Shown here piece by piece: positions 24,336 through 37,385 of a stretch of 64,000 nucleotides of DNA. Both the position numbers and the translations under genes were made by a program. The number at the start of each line of letters is the position of its first letter. Positions within the stretch are counted from its first letter, which is position 1. Origin of the DNA: Psammoneis japonica. Taxonomy: Eukaryota. Under the pieces are notes generated by a model. The model did not search any database. It was not told the DNA's origin and worked only from the letters and a program-made list of their open reading frames with translations. Location: positions 186,001-250,000 of the forward strand of contig QPGO01000007.1 of assembly GCA_008632985.1 (NCBI GenBank), in the 5' to 3' direction.

Positions 24336-26315
24336 ATGGCTCTCTTGCGCTTCATATTTTTCTTGGTTTTAGCGCTTGACTTGACTCTATCGTATGCTCA
24401 AGAAAAAAATGATGTTTCCGAAGAAGAGGAACGCACTGGTACGATCATTGGGATTGATCTTGGAACAACCTATTCTTGCGTCGGCGTGTTTCAGCAGGGA
24501 AAGGTAGACATCATTGCAAACGACCAAGGCAATCGCATCACGCCTTCCTATGTTGCCTTTGCACAAGATACCGGAGAAAGGCTTGTTGGAGATGCTGCCA
24601 AGAATCAGGCAACCGTCAACCCCGAGAATACTATTTTTGACGTGAAGCGTCTGATTGGGCGAAAGTATACGGACAAGTCGGTATTGCTCGACAAGAAACT
24701 CATGCCATACGACATTGTTGAAGTGGACGAGAAACCATATGTGCGAGTTCAACAGGGAAATACGATGTCTCGGTTTGCTCCCGAGGAGGTTTCCGCCATG
24801 GTTCTTCAGAAACTCAAGATTCAAGCCGAAACGTATCTGGGACGCGAGATTAGCCGTGCTGTGGTGACGGTGCCTGCCTACTTTAACGATGCGCAACGAC
24901 ACGCCACCAAGGATGCCGGAGTCATTGCTGGGCTACATGTGGAGAGAATTATTAATGAACCGACCGCAGCTGCCATTGCTTTTGGTATGGATAAGGATGG
25001 CGACGAATCAAACGTCCTCGTGTTTGATTTGGGCGGTGGGACCTTTGATGTGACGGTACTGTCGATTGACAATGGCATTTTTCAAGTCTTGGCGACGAAT
25101 GGAGACACCCATTTAGGTGGTTCCGATTTTGATCAATCTGTCATGAAGTATTACATTGACTTCATCAAGTCTCGAACGGGCAAGGACATTGGTCACGACA
25201 AGAGGGCGTTGCAGAAGCTTCGCAAGGAGGTAGAGAGAGTCAAGCGAGCCCTTTCGTCCCAGTTCCAGGCTAGACTGGATATTGAAGACCTGGTCCCTGG
25301 CTACGACTTCTCAGAAACACTAACGCGCGCGAAGTTTGAAGAGCTCAATGCAGAGCTATTCAAGAAAACACTTGGACCAGTCAAGCGAGTGATGGAGGAT
25401 GCAGCTCTTGAGTTGGATGAAATCGATGAAATTATCCTCGTTGGTGGGTCCACTCGTATCCCCAAGGTTCAAGAGCTGCTGGCTGATTTCTTTGAGGGAA
25501 AAGAACCCTTTCATGGTGTCAACCCTGACGAAGCTGTCGCATACGGCGCCGCCATTCAGGGTTCCATCCTTAGTGGTGAGGGCGGGGAAGCGGTGCAGGA
25601 TGTAATGCTGCTTGATGTGACGCCTCTGTCACTTGGAACTTCTATTGAGGGCGGACTCATGAGCGTCATTATCAAGAGAGGTACTACGATTCCCACAGAA
25701 AAGTCGGACGAATACGTGACCCTTGAAGCAAATCAAAATAGAATGATTATTGACGTCTTTGAAGGTGAGCGATCCATGGTCGAGTACAACCATCTACTCG
25801 GAGAATTCGAGCTTACAGGAATACCACCGGCTCCCAGAGGCGCCATGACGGCGATTGTCACCTTTAAAATTGATGCCAACGGTATATTGGAGGTAACCGC
25901 AGAGTTAAAGGGCACCAAGAACAAAAAGACTATCACCATCACCCCGGAAAGTGGCCGGCTGTCTCAGGACGACATTGATCGAATGGTTAAGGAAGCGGAG
26001 CAGTACGCAGAAGAAGACGAAAAGGCACGACAACGCATTGAGGCGCGCAACAAACTAGAATCCTTTGTTTACAGCCTCAAGACGACAATTGATGAAAACG
26101 AAGAAAAGATTCCGCCTGGTGAGGACCTGCAAGAGTTGCTCGATACAATTGACGAGACAATGGAATGGGTAGCAGCGAACCAAGACGCTGATAAAGACGA
26201 CTTCGACTCTAGGTATACAGAGCTGAATGCGCTGTCTCGCCCCATCATGAGTAAAGTCTATGCTTCAGCTGCCGGAGAAAAAGAATACGACGATCCGGGT
26301 GATGATGAGTTGTAA
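24336..26315 (+). CDS. BiP: ER luminal Hsp70 (BiP/GRP78-like)
   Basis: Signal peptide, [48 protein letters not shown]-terminal DDEL. Confidence 0.96.
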   Translation: MALLRFIFFLVLALDLTLSYAQEKNDVSEEEERTGTIIGIDLGTTYSCVGVFQQGKVDIIANDQGNRITPSYVAFAQDTGERLVGDAAKNQATVNPENTIFDVKRLIGRKYTDKSVLLDKKLMPYDIVEVDEKPYVRVQQGNTMSRFAPEEVSAMVLQKLKIQAETYLGREISRAVVTVPAYFNDAQRHATKDAGVIAGLHVERIINEPTAAAIAFGMDKDGDESNVLVFDLGGGTFDVTVLSIDNGIFQVLATNGDTHLGGSDFDQSVMKYYIDFIKSRTGKDIGHDKRALQKLRKEVERVKRALSSQFQARLDIEDLVPGYDFSETLTRAKFEELNAELFKKTLGPVKRVMEDAALELDEIDEIILVGGSTRIPKVQELLADFFEGKEPFHGVNPDEAVAYGAAIQGSILSGEGGEAVQDVMLLDVTPLSLGTSIEGGLMSVIIKRGTTIPTEKSDEYVTLEANQNRMIIDVFEGERSMVEYNHLLGEFELTGIPPAPRGAMTAIVTFKIDANGILEVTAELKGTKNKKTITITPESGRLSQDDIDRMVKEAEQYAEEDEKARQRIEARNKLESFVYSLKTTIDENEEKIPPGEDLQELLDTIDETMEWVAANQDADKDDFDSRYTELNALSRPIMSKVYASAAGEKEYDDPGDDEL

Positions 26316-26393
26316 CGGAATGGTCCAACATAAAGTCAAATTCATTCCCAGCTTTATTTTTAGTTGCAGGCCACGTCGGATTTGTTGCCTTTA

Positions 26394-27437
26394 TCAAACA
26401 ATCCATGACATCCACGTCTTCTTGGCGCGCTTCGTAGGCCTTGATGCAATGTCTTCGTCCTTGCCATCATTGCGAGCGCGCTTCTTGCTGGTCTGGGCCT
26501 TTCGGTTTTCGAAGAAGTCCAAACGTTTTTTACGAATTGAAGCGTCTCTTTTTAGCTGAGAAGAATCGGGCTTGGCGCAAATGACCACCCGAGAGCCTTG
26601 AATAACAGCTGACGGAGGAATAGGCTTCTGGTGATGCTCGCGAGGTTTCGGCTGTTTCACAAGTCCAGGGACGGGCGAATATGCATTACTTTTTACCGGC
26701 AGCGGCTTGGGGGTTTGAGCCGAACGCCATTTCTGCTGTATATTCGCCTTGTCGCTGTTTCTCCTTTCAATTGACGACGGCGATATCTCAGACTCTTGGT
26801 GATTCTGAAGAGAAGGCTCGACGTGAGGCTCTCCAAATACTTTCAGAAAAAGAACAGTCGCCACCACACCGATGAAAGAGCAAGAAAAGCCAAGTGGGAA
26901 TGTATACAAACCAACAATTGCCAGCAAACCAAAAGCGAGTCTAAATTTTGATCGTGTCGTGCCTCGCTCGATAAAGAGCCACGCCACGGTCAAGAAACAC
27001 AGAAGCATGGTGAAACCAACACCCGAACTCTGACTCGGAAGAAACCATTCTAAGAGCGCACCAGTCATTAGCAATCCAGCAAGGAGAGCACCAAACACGA
27101 GACCAAAAAGTAAAAGCCCTAAAGGTAGACACAAGAGGGTCAACAGGAACGCCATTATAGACACGGGCAAAAGAATTTCGAAGAGCCACGTGAGAAGGCT
27201 GGAGACTATCACCAAGAGGGTCTTGTTCAGCTTCGTGTACGTTAAGGAAGTGACCAGAATACCACTGACAAGAATGGTGATGTAGGACTTCGTATTCATA
27301 CATCTTTCCAGAGCATAGCCAATTTGGCTGAACCAAAAGATGGCAAGAGATAAGCTCGAGTAATCAGCATAGAGGAAGTAGCGTGAGACAAAATCGCGAG
27401 AACTGCCAAAGTCGTGTTCTATGAACTGCCAATTCAC
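26394..27437 (-). CDS. Hypothetical multi-pass membrane protein with basic C-terminal tail
   Basis: 347-aa ORF with about 6 hydrophobic segments; convergent with BiP; normal composition. Confidence 0.65.
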   Translation of the reverse strand: MNWQFIEHDFGSSRDFVSRYFLYADYSSLSLAIFWFSQIGYALERCMNTKSYITILVSGILVTSLTYTKLNKTLLVIVSSLLTWLFEILLPVSIMAFLLTLLCLPLGLLLFGLVFGALLAGLLMTGALLEWFLPSQSSGVGFTMLLCFLTVAWLFIERGTTRSKFRLAFGLLAIVGLYTFPLGFSCSFIGVVATVLFLKVFGEPHVEPSLQNHQESEISPSSIERRNSDKANIQQKWRSAQTPKPLPVKSNAYSPVPGLVKQPKPREHHQKPIPPSAVIQGSRVVICAKPDSSQLKRDASIRKKRLDFFENRKAQTSKKRARNDGKDEDIASRPTKRAKKTWMSWIV

Positions 27438-30433
27438 AGCAGTTATGAGAATGATTAAGCAGTGGGTGAGGTGCAGTAATAAGAAAGCACGTTCTTCGCC
27501 ATGGTAAAAGCATGCATTTGACTATTATGTAGTACTTGAACGACGCACGCAAAATAGTGCTGAATATTCGACGTCGTGGACCCTTTCCGTGTTGACGCAT
27601 GATTGCAAAAAGTTTCGTTAGGTTTTGACTCGCGGTTGAAATTTGTACAAAATGTGAGCTGCCGAACTTTCGCGAGGAACACTGTATGCATGTTTGAATA
27701 AAACCCATCGACAATGTCCTCGTCTCAAAATCATACTACAGTGCTGTACATACATGAGCTTGGGTCGCACTGTGCGCCATGAACGGTGGCGTTGAGCATC
27801 AGCAACGAAATGGAAGATATAAACATTTTTTGACACCACCAACACTTTCAAAACACTTGTGGCTAAACCAGTCTAGCCAGAGACCACTCACCACAACAAG
27901 ATGGAGTGGCGCACCCAAGAATCTCGTGCGCGCCACCATCGTCCCAGTTTGCCTCACCTCCCATCTGCTTCACCTGCGCCAGAGTGCACCACTTTGACAC
28001 CTCTTGGACCACTTTGGTTGAAGCATCACCTGATTCCAAAGACAGGATCTTTGCTTTGGACTTTGAAGCTGGGTCATGAACCTTTTTGCTTCTGTCAGGG
28101 GGCTGGCCTCTGTTCACGCAGCCAAACAAAAACAAACAAAAACAATGTGGCGCAAGCCCATCTTGTGTGCAATTTCCTGATGTCATCATTCTTCTCCTGT
28201 GACTTTGCTTTTGAGGCTGGAAGCAGCTCTTGCAGCTTGGCTTTCATTTCTTCCTTCTTGTTTGCATCTTCCAAGCACTGCAGCTGCTCTCAAGGCTCTC
28301 AACCTTGCACCACATGGGGAGCAAACAACCCCGGCAAGTTCTTCAGTTTGGTCTGTTCACACAGTGTGTTCACACAATTCTGGACTGAGCCCCTGTTGCT
28401 CCAACTGTGTTGAGATGATGTGCTGCCATTTTGGTGCTTGGCCCTGCCACTGCTCCAGCATCTTTTTTCACCTCTCTCTCAATGTCATGTCATCAGCGGC
28501 AGGGCCCCAACTTTTCTTTTGACTGTCACCCAAGTCTCAGCCAAGATGTGCAGAAGTGAGAGGCCATGGTTTTTGCACCCCATCCTTTGCTGCCTTGTGC
28601 AGTGCTGCAACTTCTGGGTTGTCAGGGGCACACAATGTTTTTTTTTTAGAGAAAAAGTCAGTCACAACAGAGAGCTTTGTTTTTTTCACATCTTCCTGCA
28701 TTTTGGGAGGCTTCAAAGGTGGCGCCGTGGTTGATCTTTGAAAGGGAAATGACTGTGCCAAATCTCAGTGGTGTCCTGCATCAAAACCAAAATTGCTCCT
28801 GTGTGTGACATGCAATTGCCTTAATGTTTGACAGCAGTCCCATCATCAGTCATGAGGAAATGTGTTTTTTGAGGGACAAAAAATGCCAACAACATGGAAT
28901 TTTGAAGTCACACAATTTTTTCCCTGGCCAGTGCAATGAGATCTTTCATTTGCATGCACCAAAAGGGCAAGAAAATGGAACATTGAAGCTTTCCATGTCT
29001 GCATTTTTGGCTCTGCCTTGAATTGCATCTGGCTCCATGTGGTCTTGTGTGCTGCCATGCATTTCATTGAGGTGTGGTGCTGCTGCACAGCAGGAGGCGA
29101 GTCGAGTTGTCACAACATGGGGCAAGCACTTTTGGTGCCATGCAGGTGTGCAGCAGTGAGTGCTTTGCCATGCATGGGTTTGTGAAGCAACACATTTGCT
29201 GCAGACCCCATGTCAACTTGTTTGTTGTCATCATTGTGCTGACTTTATGAACATGGCTGGAGAGCAGCTGTGGATGAGGAAAAACAAGAAGAAGCGAGAG
29301 TGCACACATGCTGCTTGTGTTCTTTTTGCTGTGTTTCTCATGCAATTTCCATGCTTTGCTTTCAGCAGCTTCCACTGTGCTGGACTGAACTCTCCCCAGA
29401 GAATGGTGCAGAACCAACAAACTGTGCAATTCAAAAACAGTCAGAGCCAGCTGTCATGAGCATGTGCACCATCTTCTTAGAGTCTTTCAAATGCAGTGCT
29501 GAAAAACAAACAAAACATGAAGCACTTCACCTTAGAAAGCAGCAGCAGCAATGTCAAGTGGAACAAGATTCTTCTCTGTCCGTCTGTCCACAATTCAGTT
29601 TTTGGCAGTTTGCCACATGTGGCTGACAGTGCAAAGTTGGTGTGTGGGCCCATCATTTTTCAATGCACCTGCAACCGAGTCATTTCAGTGCTGTCTGCAG
29701 CAGCACACATTGAAGAAATGACATTGCACAAATGCACCTTGCTTCTTTTGTGTCTTTGCAAGATGCTGATGCTGGGGGCACTTTGCTCTTGAGCACAGAA
29801 GTCTTGTGGCTCATGTTGCAAACAAGCTCAATGTCACCAGCTGGCATCCATGCACCCCTTTGTGGCATTCTTCAACCAGGTCTCTTTTCCTTGCTCATTT
29901 TCCATGCTTGCATTTGTTGCTGGCTTCTGTCATGCCTGACTGACCATCTTTTCCCCAGAGTGTGATCATGCAGAGCTGGTGTGAGCTGTGCAACTCAAGA
30001 ACAGCATGGTCAATGGCCAACTGCATGTGTGCACACATCCTGAAAATTTGCAAAGGGGCAGGGAGGCATTCAGGGTCCTCAAGACATCAGCTCTGGTGGT
30101 GGACGCAGGGGATGGCTTGCAGCTTAACAACAGTCCAGTGTGTGGCCTGGGGGGGCTCCTCTTCATGGGGATCGATGTCCCCACACCATTCACGGGGCTG
30201 GGCTCCAGTGATGATTTGCTGAACGGAACGGAACAATTCTGTTTGTTTCTTGCTCGTTCCAATGCTTCCTTTTGACGCCAACTGTGATGAGGCCGGCCAT
30301 CCAGCAGTTCCTCCCAGCCAGACAGAAGAAGAAGAGAAAAGGAAAAGGAAGGAAAAAACAAACATTGGTGAAGGTTTGAAAGGGTGCGCTGCAGTGCCGC
30401 AGTGCGTGCAGCAGTGAAGACGGACGTAGACAG

Positions 30434-31382
30434 GTGCAGACGCGCCACGTGGAATTTGGTGCGAAGTGTCGTGCGTTCACGTGCGCAGAAGGATGTGGAT
30501 CGCCAACGGCTGGAATGAAGCAGCACACCACACAGCAGCGAGTGCAGCTCTGTCATCACGGCGCTAGAATGGCGGAGGACAACATCGTTGCGTCTGGCAA
30601 AGCAGAGGATGCAGCAGCTCCGGAAGTCATGGCAGAACTCACGGGCGCCAAAGGCACGGCGGCAGCTGCCATGACTGCACTTGGCACCGAGGGAAGTGCC
30701 GAGGGTGTGTCCGTCGAGTCCGAACGCGCAAGGATGTTGGAGAAGCCGGCGCAGTCGCAAACTGAAAAGAGTGAGAAAGCCGTGCCGCCGGAGCCAACCT
30801 TTCAAATTTGTGGTTGGAATGAAGCACAGCAGCTGGGTTGCACCGCCGAGCAGCTCCTCAAGGCCGGTTGCAAGATCAAGTTGGTGGGTGATCAGGCCAC
30901 CTTTGTGAAACCGGAGGTCCCACCTTTTTGCAGCGGCAAAAGCGAGGAGGCAGCCAAGCCCGCGGCCAAAGTGGTCGCGAAAGCAACGGCGGAAGAGGAA
31001 GAAGAAGGAAAGCAATTTCCGGACCCCAACGATCCGTCATTCGACTGGGGAATGGGTGTTGCGGCACGAAAAATCCGATGAATTCCAGGAGTCCATGTGC
31101 CTGATGAAGGATGCGCCGAATGATCCCGACCTCTGGTTCCCCGTGCTGGGAGAACTGGGGTGCATCAGGAGCGACCCTGAAGCCGTCGCGAATGCTCACG
31201 GCGAACACTGCAAGTGGGTGTGGAGGTGCCACACGGAAGTCGGCGAGAGGGGCATCCCAGACTCGATGCCAAAGAGCAACAAAGTGTTCAAGACCACCGT
31301 CGAGGCTTTCGAAGCGGGGTGGTCGCTCGCACTGGTCTGTCTCGTGAAGAGAGCAAGCACAGAAGTGTGCACATTTGGATGA
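30434..31382 (+). pseudogene. Degenerate unknown ORF(s), possibly the N-terminal part of the SET gene
   Basis: Overlapping ORFs 30434..31081 and 31056..31382 with coding-like A/E/K-rich content, directly upstream of the SET ORF. Confidence 0.45.
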
Positions 31383-31405
31383 GGCGCCGTGTCACTTAAC
31401 CTGCG

Positions 31406-32026
31406 TTGTTTTGCCTCGAAAAGTCCATTCGCTCCGCAGGCCCCAAGGAGGTGGAGGTGGGCGAGCTACACGTGTTGCAATGGAGGGGCGCAGGCATTGG
31501 TTTTTTTGCCTTGCGCCAGTTCCAGAAAGGCAGCACGGTTGGAATCTATGTGGGCCCCAGGGTGCCCGGTGCGACAAGGAGCCACTCGTGGCACGACCAC
31601 GACAGCAAGTTTGGAGAAGACCACAGCGTGTGCTGCTCCACCATCCGTGACAGCGAGGGCCGCTGCATCACAGTGGAGCCAAAACCGCTTGATTTCAGCG
31701 GTCCAGGGAACAAGAATTCCCATCCACTCTGCCTCGGAATGCACTGCGTGAACGATGCCACCGAGTCGTTCAAGGACAAGAAGAAGATCAAGGCAAGCCA
31801 ACACGCGGACAACAACTGCGAGTTCTACAATGACGGGTGCTTGGCAGTCACGAAGCGAATCATGCCCGGGGAGGAATTTCTCTGCAGATGCAACTTGGAC
31901 GAATCGGAGAAGAAGAAGAAGAAGAGGAAGGTGACGTCGGGTGCCATGAATCGGAAGAAGAAATCGCGTCTGCTCCCCAAGTCGGGGGGGAGAAGCTCTG
32001 CGTCTGGCAAAACGTTTCCCGTGTAG
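31406..32026 (+). pseudogene. SET-domain protein (lysine methyltransferase-like), Tyr-eroded
   Basis: GAGIGFFALRQFQKGSTVGIYVG...GMHCVNDA...NNCEF...AVTKRIMPGEEFLCRCN matches SET motifs GxGxFA, YxG, NH/ND, ELxxxY. Poly-K NLS-like tail. Confidence 0.82.
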
Positions 32027-32248
32027 TGTGCTCTGTAAATTAGCAGCACAGTGTGTTGGTGTTTTTCAGCGAAACTGCAGCATTAGTTGGAAAGGCGTAG
32101 CCCCAGTTGTGGTTCGAAAAATGGGAACGAGGAAGAACAGAAAGTCGGTAAATTTACACAAATCCAGTGAATTAGCAGGCACCTGCACAGTCGCCTGAGT
32201 GCAGAAAGTCAGCAAATTTACGCAAATTTAGCAAGTTATTTTGTGCTG

Positions 32249-33694
32249 TCACAGTCGCCTGAGAATGGTCTCTTCCTCTAGAGAAAGGGGGATTGAATTG
32301 TTGTTCTTGCCCACTGCAGCACTCTTCAGGTAGAGAGACACACAGAAGAACTCGTCGTTTGAGTTTGTCCTGCTGGAGATGCAGTGGCACTTGGTGGGGT
32401 TAAAAATGATGACATCACCAAGCCGGAGTGCAACGGAGATGCCTTCGGCAGGGAAGCAGAAGTGCGCCACAATCCCGTCATTCATGGTGCAGCTGCCGGA
32501 TGGAGGGACTCCCACCACGGTGACTGCTGACAGGAAGAAGTCCTGGTCCCGATGGGCATTGAGGAAGACATTGCGCCCAGCCGCCAGAGAGGAGAAAATG
32601 CCATCTGACCGTGCCAGGGATTTCCAGTTGTGAAACTTTCTGACACGAGCAACACCCTTGAGGATGGCACAGTCCACGCACTCATTGACAAGGTGCTCCA
32701 TGCGTGAAAGAAGTCTGGTGAGGTGGTGAGTGTGTTGGTCGGCTGTGCCAGGCTGCTTGCAAGAAATTCGAGCATCCCTCGTGGCAGCCAGGCCAATCGT
32801 GGAACACTTGCTCCTGTCTGTCTCCATGAAGGTAACGCGTTGTTTGCCGCGCACGGTGGACTGGGCGGTGCAGCATTCTAGTGCTTCGAGCGCTCGGCAC
32901 TGAGCAACTAGTTCTGCTGGGTTGGGGGAGCTGAACACCACAGCAGAACGCGGCAGCAGGGTGCAGGTGTTGTCGCAGCGGCAACCGTCCAAGCCAAAGA
33001 AAGGCTTCAGATCGAGCACAGGGTCACAGACGACCAGAGGAGCCAATTCGGCAAAGTCAATGTCAGCAAGACAAGGTGGTGCAGGCTGAGTGTAGTCCCC
33101 GTTATAAACTAGAGTGCGGTTGGCTGCGCAGTGTACGGAGAGACTCTCAGTGGCACACGGTGCGAGTGGAACGAGGCGAGTGATCTTGGATGTTTTCCCA
33201 CTGGCGCGGCTGCGGATTCGCCTGCGGCTGCAGTGGGCCTTGCGAAGTGGCGGTTGAGCCCTCAACACGTTCTCGTTTGTCCTGGTGCGCATTGATGATG
33301 CGGTGTTCGCAGAGAACGTGTGTGCGAACTTGCCGGCAAATGTTCCGCTGCTTGACACTGTCACTGTCGTCTCAACAGTGCCCAAAGCAGAACTCTGTCG
33401 ACAGGGACCGGCGGACTCCAGGGGAGTGGGGTCAAAACCCAATCGAGAGATGTGTCTGCTTTCCGTTGCCTCAAGAGCACCCAAAGCAAAACTCTGTTGA
33501 CAGGGACCGGCAGACTCCAGGGGAGTGGGGTCGAAACCTGGTCGCGAGAAGCACTTGCTTGTTGTCGGGCTGCAAGCTGCACGTCCCAAACCCCCACACT
33601 GTCGAGACCGGCTGTAACTCGATCGCGACAAGTGCTTGTCGTTGGCAGGATGACGCAGCGAGGCATGAGGCAGTTGCGACATGGTGTGTCTCAA
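32249..33694 (-). pseudogene. TET/JBP-like 2OG-Fe(II) dioxygenase
   Basis: C-terminal double-stranded beta-helix motifs: NVFLNAHRDQDF (HxD), FCFPAEGISVALRLGDVIIFN, KCHCIS (distal His), CVSLYLK. The true start is uncertain. Confidence 0.7.
33381..33550. repeat. 99-bp-period tandem duplication (33 codons) in the 5' part of the dioxygenase ORF
   Basis: CCCAAAGCA...CAGGGACCGGC.GACTCCAGGGGAGTGGGGTC at 33381 and 33480. Confidence 0.85.
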
Positions 33695-34129
33695 TTTGAA
33701 ATGTGTTTCAAAATGTGATGACGGAAGTGTTGTCGCGTTGTTTTTGTCTCCGCGGAGGGAGGATCATCCCACGGCAATCTCAGTGCGAGTTCTCGCGTAG
33801 AAGTGCGTTGCGTGCCGTGCCAGCTCATGCGTTTGAATTGCACGGACATGCAAGCACGGCAACGGTGAGAAGCAGGCCGAGATTCAAAACAAATTTTACC
33901 GCCTAAAGGCGTCTTGTCATTTCAACGCGTCTGCACATCTGTTTAAAATGACTTCATACGTCGCTCCATGTGCAGGTAGAGGCAGCACGTCGCGTTTGAA
34001 AATTTCGCGCGCGGAGAGGGCGCGACGGCAATTTTGCGCATTCTGCGCACGTCACAGTTTGGTTTGGAAACGCGACGACTGGTCGAACCCACTGCAAGCA
34101 AGGTTGATGTTGCCACAAGGTTGGATGCG

Positions 34130-35071
34130 ATGAACCATCGTTGCAGAAGTGTCAGGGAGTTTCATCTTCAAACGGCTCCGGACTCCGCGTTCCAGAGCAG
34201 GCGTGTCTCCAGAGACGGAAGCGGATCTTCGCACGGCGGCGAAGTTGGCTTCGCTTTGAGCAGTGAAGTGTTTTTGAACGAACGCCTTCTTGGCGTGAAT
34301 CACACCTGCGATGCATCTGTCGACATGGGCGGGGGAGTTGCCGGACCCAGCATCGGGCTCAAGTTACTTTGTCGCCGTTGCACCGTGGTGAGCATCGAGG
34401 CCGACCACGATCATCACCAAGAGGCTGTACGTTGGGCTCATCGTGCTGGCCTTCGCTCGAACGGCGGGTTAGAGTTGATCAACAAGTCATTCTTGGATGA
34501 GAGGCTGGCTCCTTTGTGGAAAAAGAAAGGACTCAAGGTGTTCTTCAACAACTGCAACTCCCGCATGGTCGACGACAAGAACACACAGCAGAAGGCAGAG
34601 GCGATGCTTTCGAAGTTGTGTCGTGCTGGGACCGTGGTGGTGGCGCTAGATCCGCTGTTCGCATCGTACGCGGGAGAGTGGATGTGCGAGTCCTTCACGG
34701 CGGATTGCCATGATGGCGACTTTTTGTGGCACAGCGGAGATGTGAAACATCTCGTCTTCCACAAGTGCACCAAGAAAGAGGAGACTTCTCAGTCAACCAG
34801 CCAGCACATGCGACGTCCCACTCCGACACACTTGGAACGGAAGTATTTGCCCGTCGCGAAATGGCCAATTTTGCTCAAGAACTCAACTGAACTGTTTTTT
34901 TACTGTCACTGTGCTGGACGTCACACGCTAGTTACTCTGCTCAATTCGCCATTGCTTCGCGGTAACGTAAAGTTGTCGTCGGAGATGGGCAAAAAAAAAA
35001 AACAACTCAGTCTTCGTCGCTGTCCTGAAGCACCAAGTCGTCATCGACGTTCAGGTCAACTTCGTAGTTGA
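34130..35071 (+). pseudogene. DOT1-like SAM-dependent methyltransferase
   Basis: HGGEV...DASVDMGGGVA...VVSIEAD...LINKSFLD...KVFFNNC...LCRAGTVVVALDPL parallels DOT1 YGE / DLGxG / GIE / GDF / FxNN / GxRIVS. The 3' end may be extended by loss of a stop codon. Confidence 0.62.
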
Positions 35072-35879
35072 GCTCGACATCATCGTCGGCCTCTTCTCCA
35101 GCTTCTTCTGCCGGAGCTCCAATGAGACGACAGAGTTCCACAGGCAACGACCCCTCGTAGAAGCAACTGTGAAGCAAGTTCTTGTTTTGGGCGCACCAAC
35201 CGATGTGAAACTGACCACCTTCCTTCTGAAGCTCGGTGAGCGCCGCCTCGTTGCCGATCACTTCGGACCAAACAGCATCCTTCATCCAGAAGAAGTCGTC
35301 TTCAACGAAGACCTCGGTGTTGTTCTCAGGGTCATCGTTCAGCTGCTTTGCAATGTGCTTCCCGAGGCCGCGCACTTTAGCATCGGTTGGGACTTCTTCG
35401 AGGAAGATGAAGAAGAGACGCACGGCGCATTTCTTGGCGTTCGTCTGCAACTCGCCCTCATGAACCCACCTGCCAGCGTAAGGGTGGAATCCGACTTGAA
35501 CCGCCCACGGAGTCCTGCTGCGAAGGTTGTCAAACAGAACCTTCTCCGACCAAACATTGGTTGAAAGGGGATTCTTGGCTTGGAGACGAAAAACGACGCC
35601 TTTCTTGCGGCCGACAGTGACGGTGGCGCAGCGCAGGAGGGCGTCCTTGTCGGAATGGCTGCCATCGTCAGAACTGGCGGATTTGGAAAGCTTGAACCCG
35701 TGCTTGGCAAGGTGGTCTTCCGGTTTAAGGTCGTCGTCGGTCAAGCCGTTGGTCTTGCGGGGCGGACTTAGTTTCTTCAACAGAGCATCAGAAAACTTCG
35801 TCTTTGCCTTCTTCTGTTTGGTTTCGGCGACTTTGGCTTTCGCAGCCGGGGAGGTCGTTGTGTTTCTTTTGCGTGCCAT
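35007..35879 (-). CDS. Unknown protein (basic N-terminus, acidic C-terminus) within the Helitron block
   Basis: Coding-like ORF from MARKRNTTTSP (ATG 35879), ~290 aa, Tyr-poor. Confidence 0.6.
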   Translation of the reverse strand: MARKRNTTTSPAAKAKVAETKQKKAKTKFSDALLKKLSPPRKTNGLTDDDLKPEDHLAKHGFKLSKSASSDDGSHSDKDALLRCATVTVGRKKGVVFRLQAKNPLSTNVWSEKVLFDNLRSRTPWAVQVGFHPYAGRWVHEGELQTNAKKCAVRLFFIFLEEVPTDAKVRGLGKHIAKQLNDDPENNTEVFVEDDFFWMKDAVWSEVIGNEAALTELQKEGGQFHIGWCAQNKNLLHSCFYEGSLPVELCRLIGAPAEEAGEEADDDVELNYEVDLNVDDDLVLQDSDED

Positions 35880-36684
35880 CAAAACAGTTGGAGAGAAACC
35901 ATGGGAACAAAAAGTGCGATCGTTCAGAAGTGCCAAGAAAGACCCAGTGGAGCTGTGCACATCACACCAAGGAGAACTGGCAACGTCAGCAACCAGATTC
36001 AAACACGTCGAACTGCAACAAGGTGACCTTCCAGGTGTCAGCACTTGCAAGTGGTGCATGGATTCAATTTGAACAAAACAGATGCAAGGATTGGAGCACG
36101 CAAAGTCGTACCAAGTTTGCTGAAAATGCGTAAAATCACGTGCAATTCCATCCGTGCTTCGTGTGCATTTCAGCCGTTGCTGCCGCGCGGCCATCGCGCA
36201 CGAAATCTAGTCGCCAAACGGTCGACGCCATCGCTGTCACCACATGCTGTGCCGGCAGTTAGCCAAGGTGGGCCCATCACCCATTTGGAGGATTCGCGCG
36301 CACTTTGGAAACACGAATGACGTCAATCGTGTTGTCATTGCCACACGACTAACTCAACTGCCCCGCCACTCGTCAAAGCATGATTCTACGGAATTTGCGT
36401 AAAGCTGCGCCCACCACCAAGATTGCCGAAACAACTTGAACAAGATCCGAATCTTACCCCATGGAATGTTCAGAGCAGATGGTCGAAACAACTTGAACAA
36501 GATCCAAATCTTGTCCCATGGGATGTTCAACGTCGACGAAACTAAGCAGGATGTCGCACGTCTGGTGCGAAGAAGGACGTGGGAGGAACGCACACGTCAC
36601 TCTTCCGTCAAGGTGAAAGAGGCACACTTTCGTCTCACTTTTTTGTGACAGAACCTTTGCGCAAAGGGAAACAAAAAGCATCCA

Positions 36685-37385
36685 ACTATGGTGATTGGGC
36701 CACACCGATCGTAGTTCTCAGTTCTCACAGTGACCTGGTGACGCAGGTTGTGAGATGACGCACAAGCTCAGCTGCGGTGACTGGACGACACCAGTCGCAG
36801 CTCTCACAGAGACCTGATCGCACAGGTTGTGAGAACACGACACAACGCTGCGGTGATCGGATGGCACCGACGCAGTTCGTCAAGCAACCAATTCACTTGG
36901 CTGCGGTGACTGGACGACACCAGTCACAGCTCTCACAGCGACCTGATTGCACAGGTTGTGAGCAAACAACACAGCGCTGCACCTCGTAACGCAGGTTGTG
37001 AGATGACGCACAAGCTCAGCTGCGGTGACTGGATGACACCAGTCGCAGCTCTCACAGAGACCTGATCGCACAGGTTGTGAGAACACGACACAACACTGCG
37101 GTGATCGGGCAGCACCGACGCAGTTCGTCAAGCAACTGATCAACTCGGCTGCGGTGACTGGACAGCACCAGTCGCAGCACTCACAGTGACCTGATTGCAC
37201 AGGTTGTGAGAAGACGACACAGCGCTGCGGTGAACGGGCAGCACCGACGCGGTTCGTTGATCAACCAGACAGAACCACTGCAGTGACTGGACGACACCAG
37301 TCGCAGTGCTGCAGGTGGCGAGAAAACACACATCGCTGTGGTGATTGGATAGCACCGATCGCAGCTTCACGGTGATCGCACCGAA
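36685..37385. repeat. Higher-order tandem array of hairpin-forming units upstream of Rep
   Basis: Core GCTGCGGTGACTGGACGACACCAGTCGCAGC or variants at ~36690, 36771, 36847, 36900, 37019, 37096, 37148, 37224, 37278 and 37335; 248-bp superperiod (36743/36991). Confidence 0.9.

Noticed and set aside
36685..37385. CRISPR array
   Set aside because: The sequences between the palindromic cores are themselves repeated rather than unique spacers, the cores are degenerate, there are no cas genes, and the context is eukaryotic.
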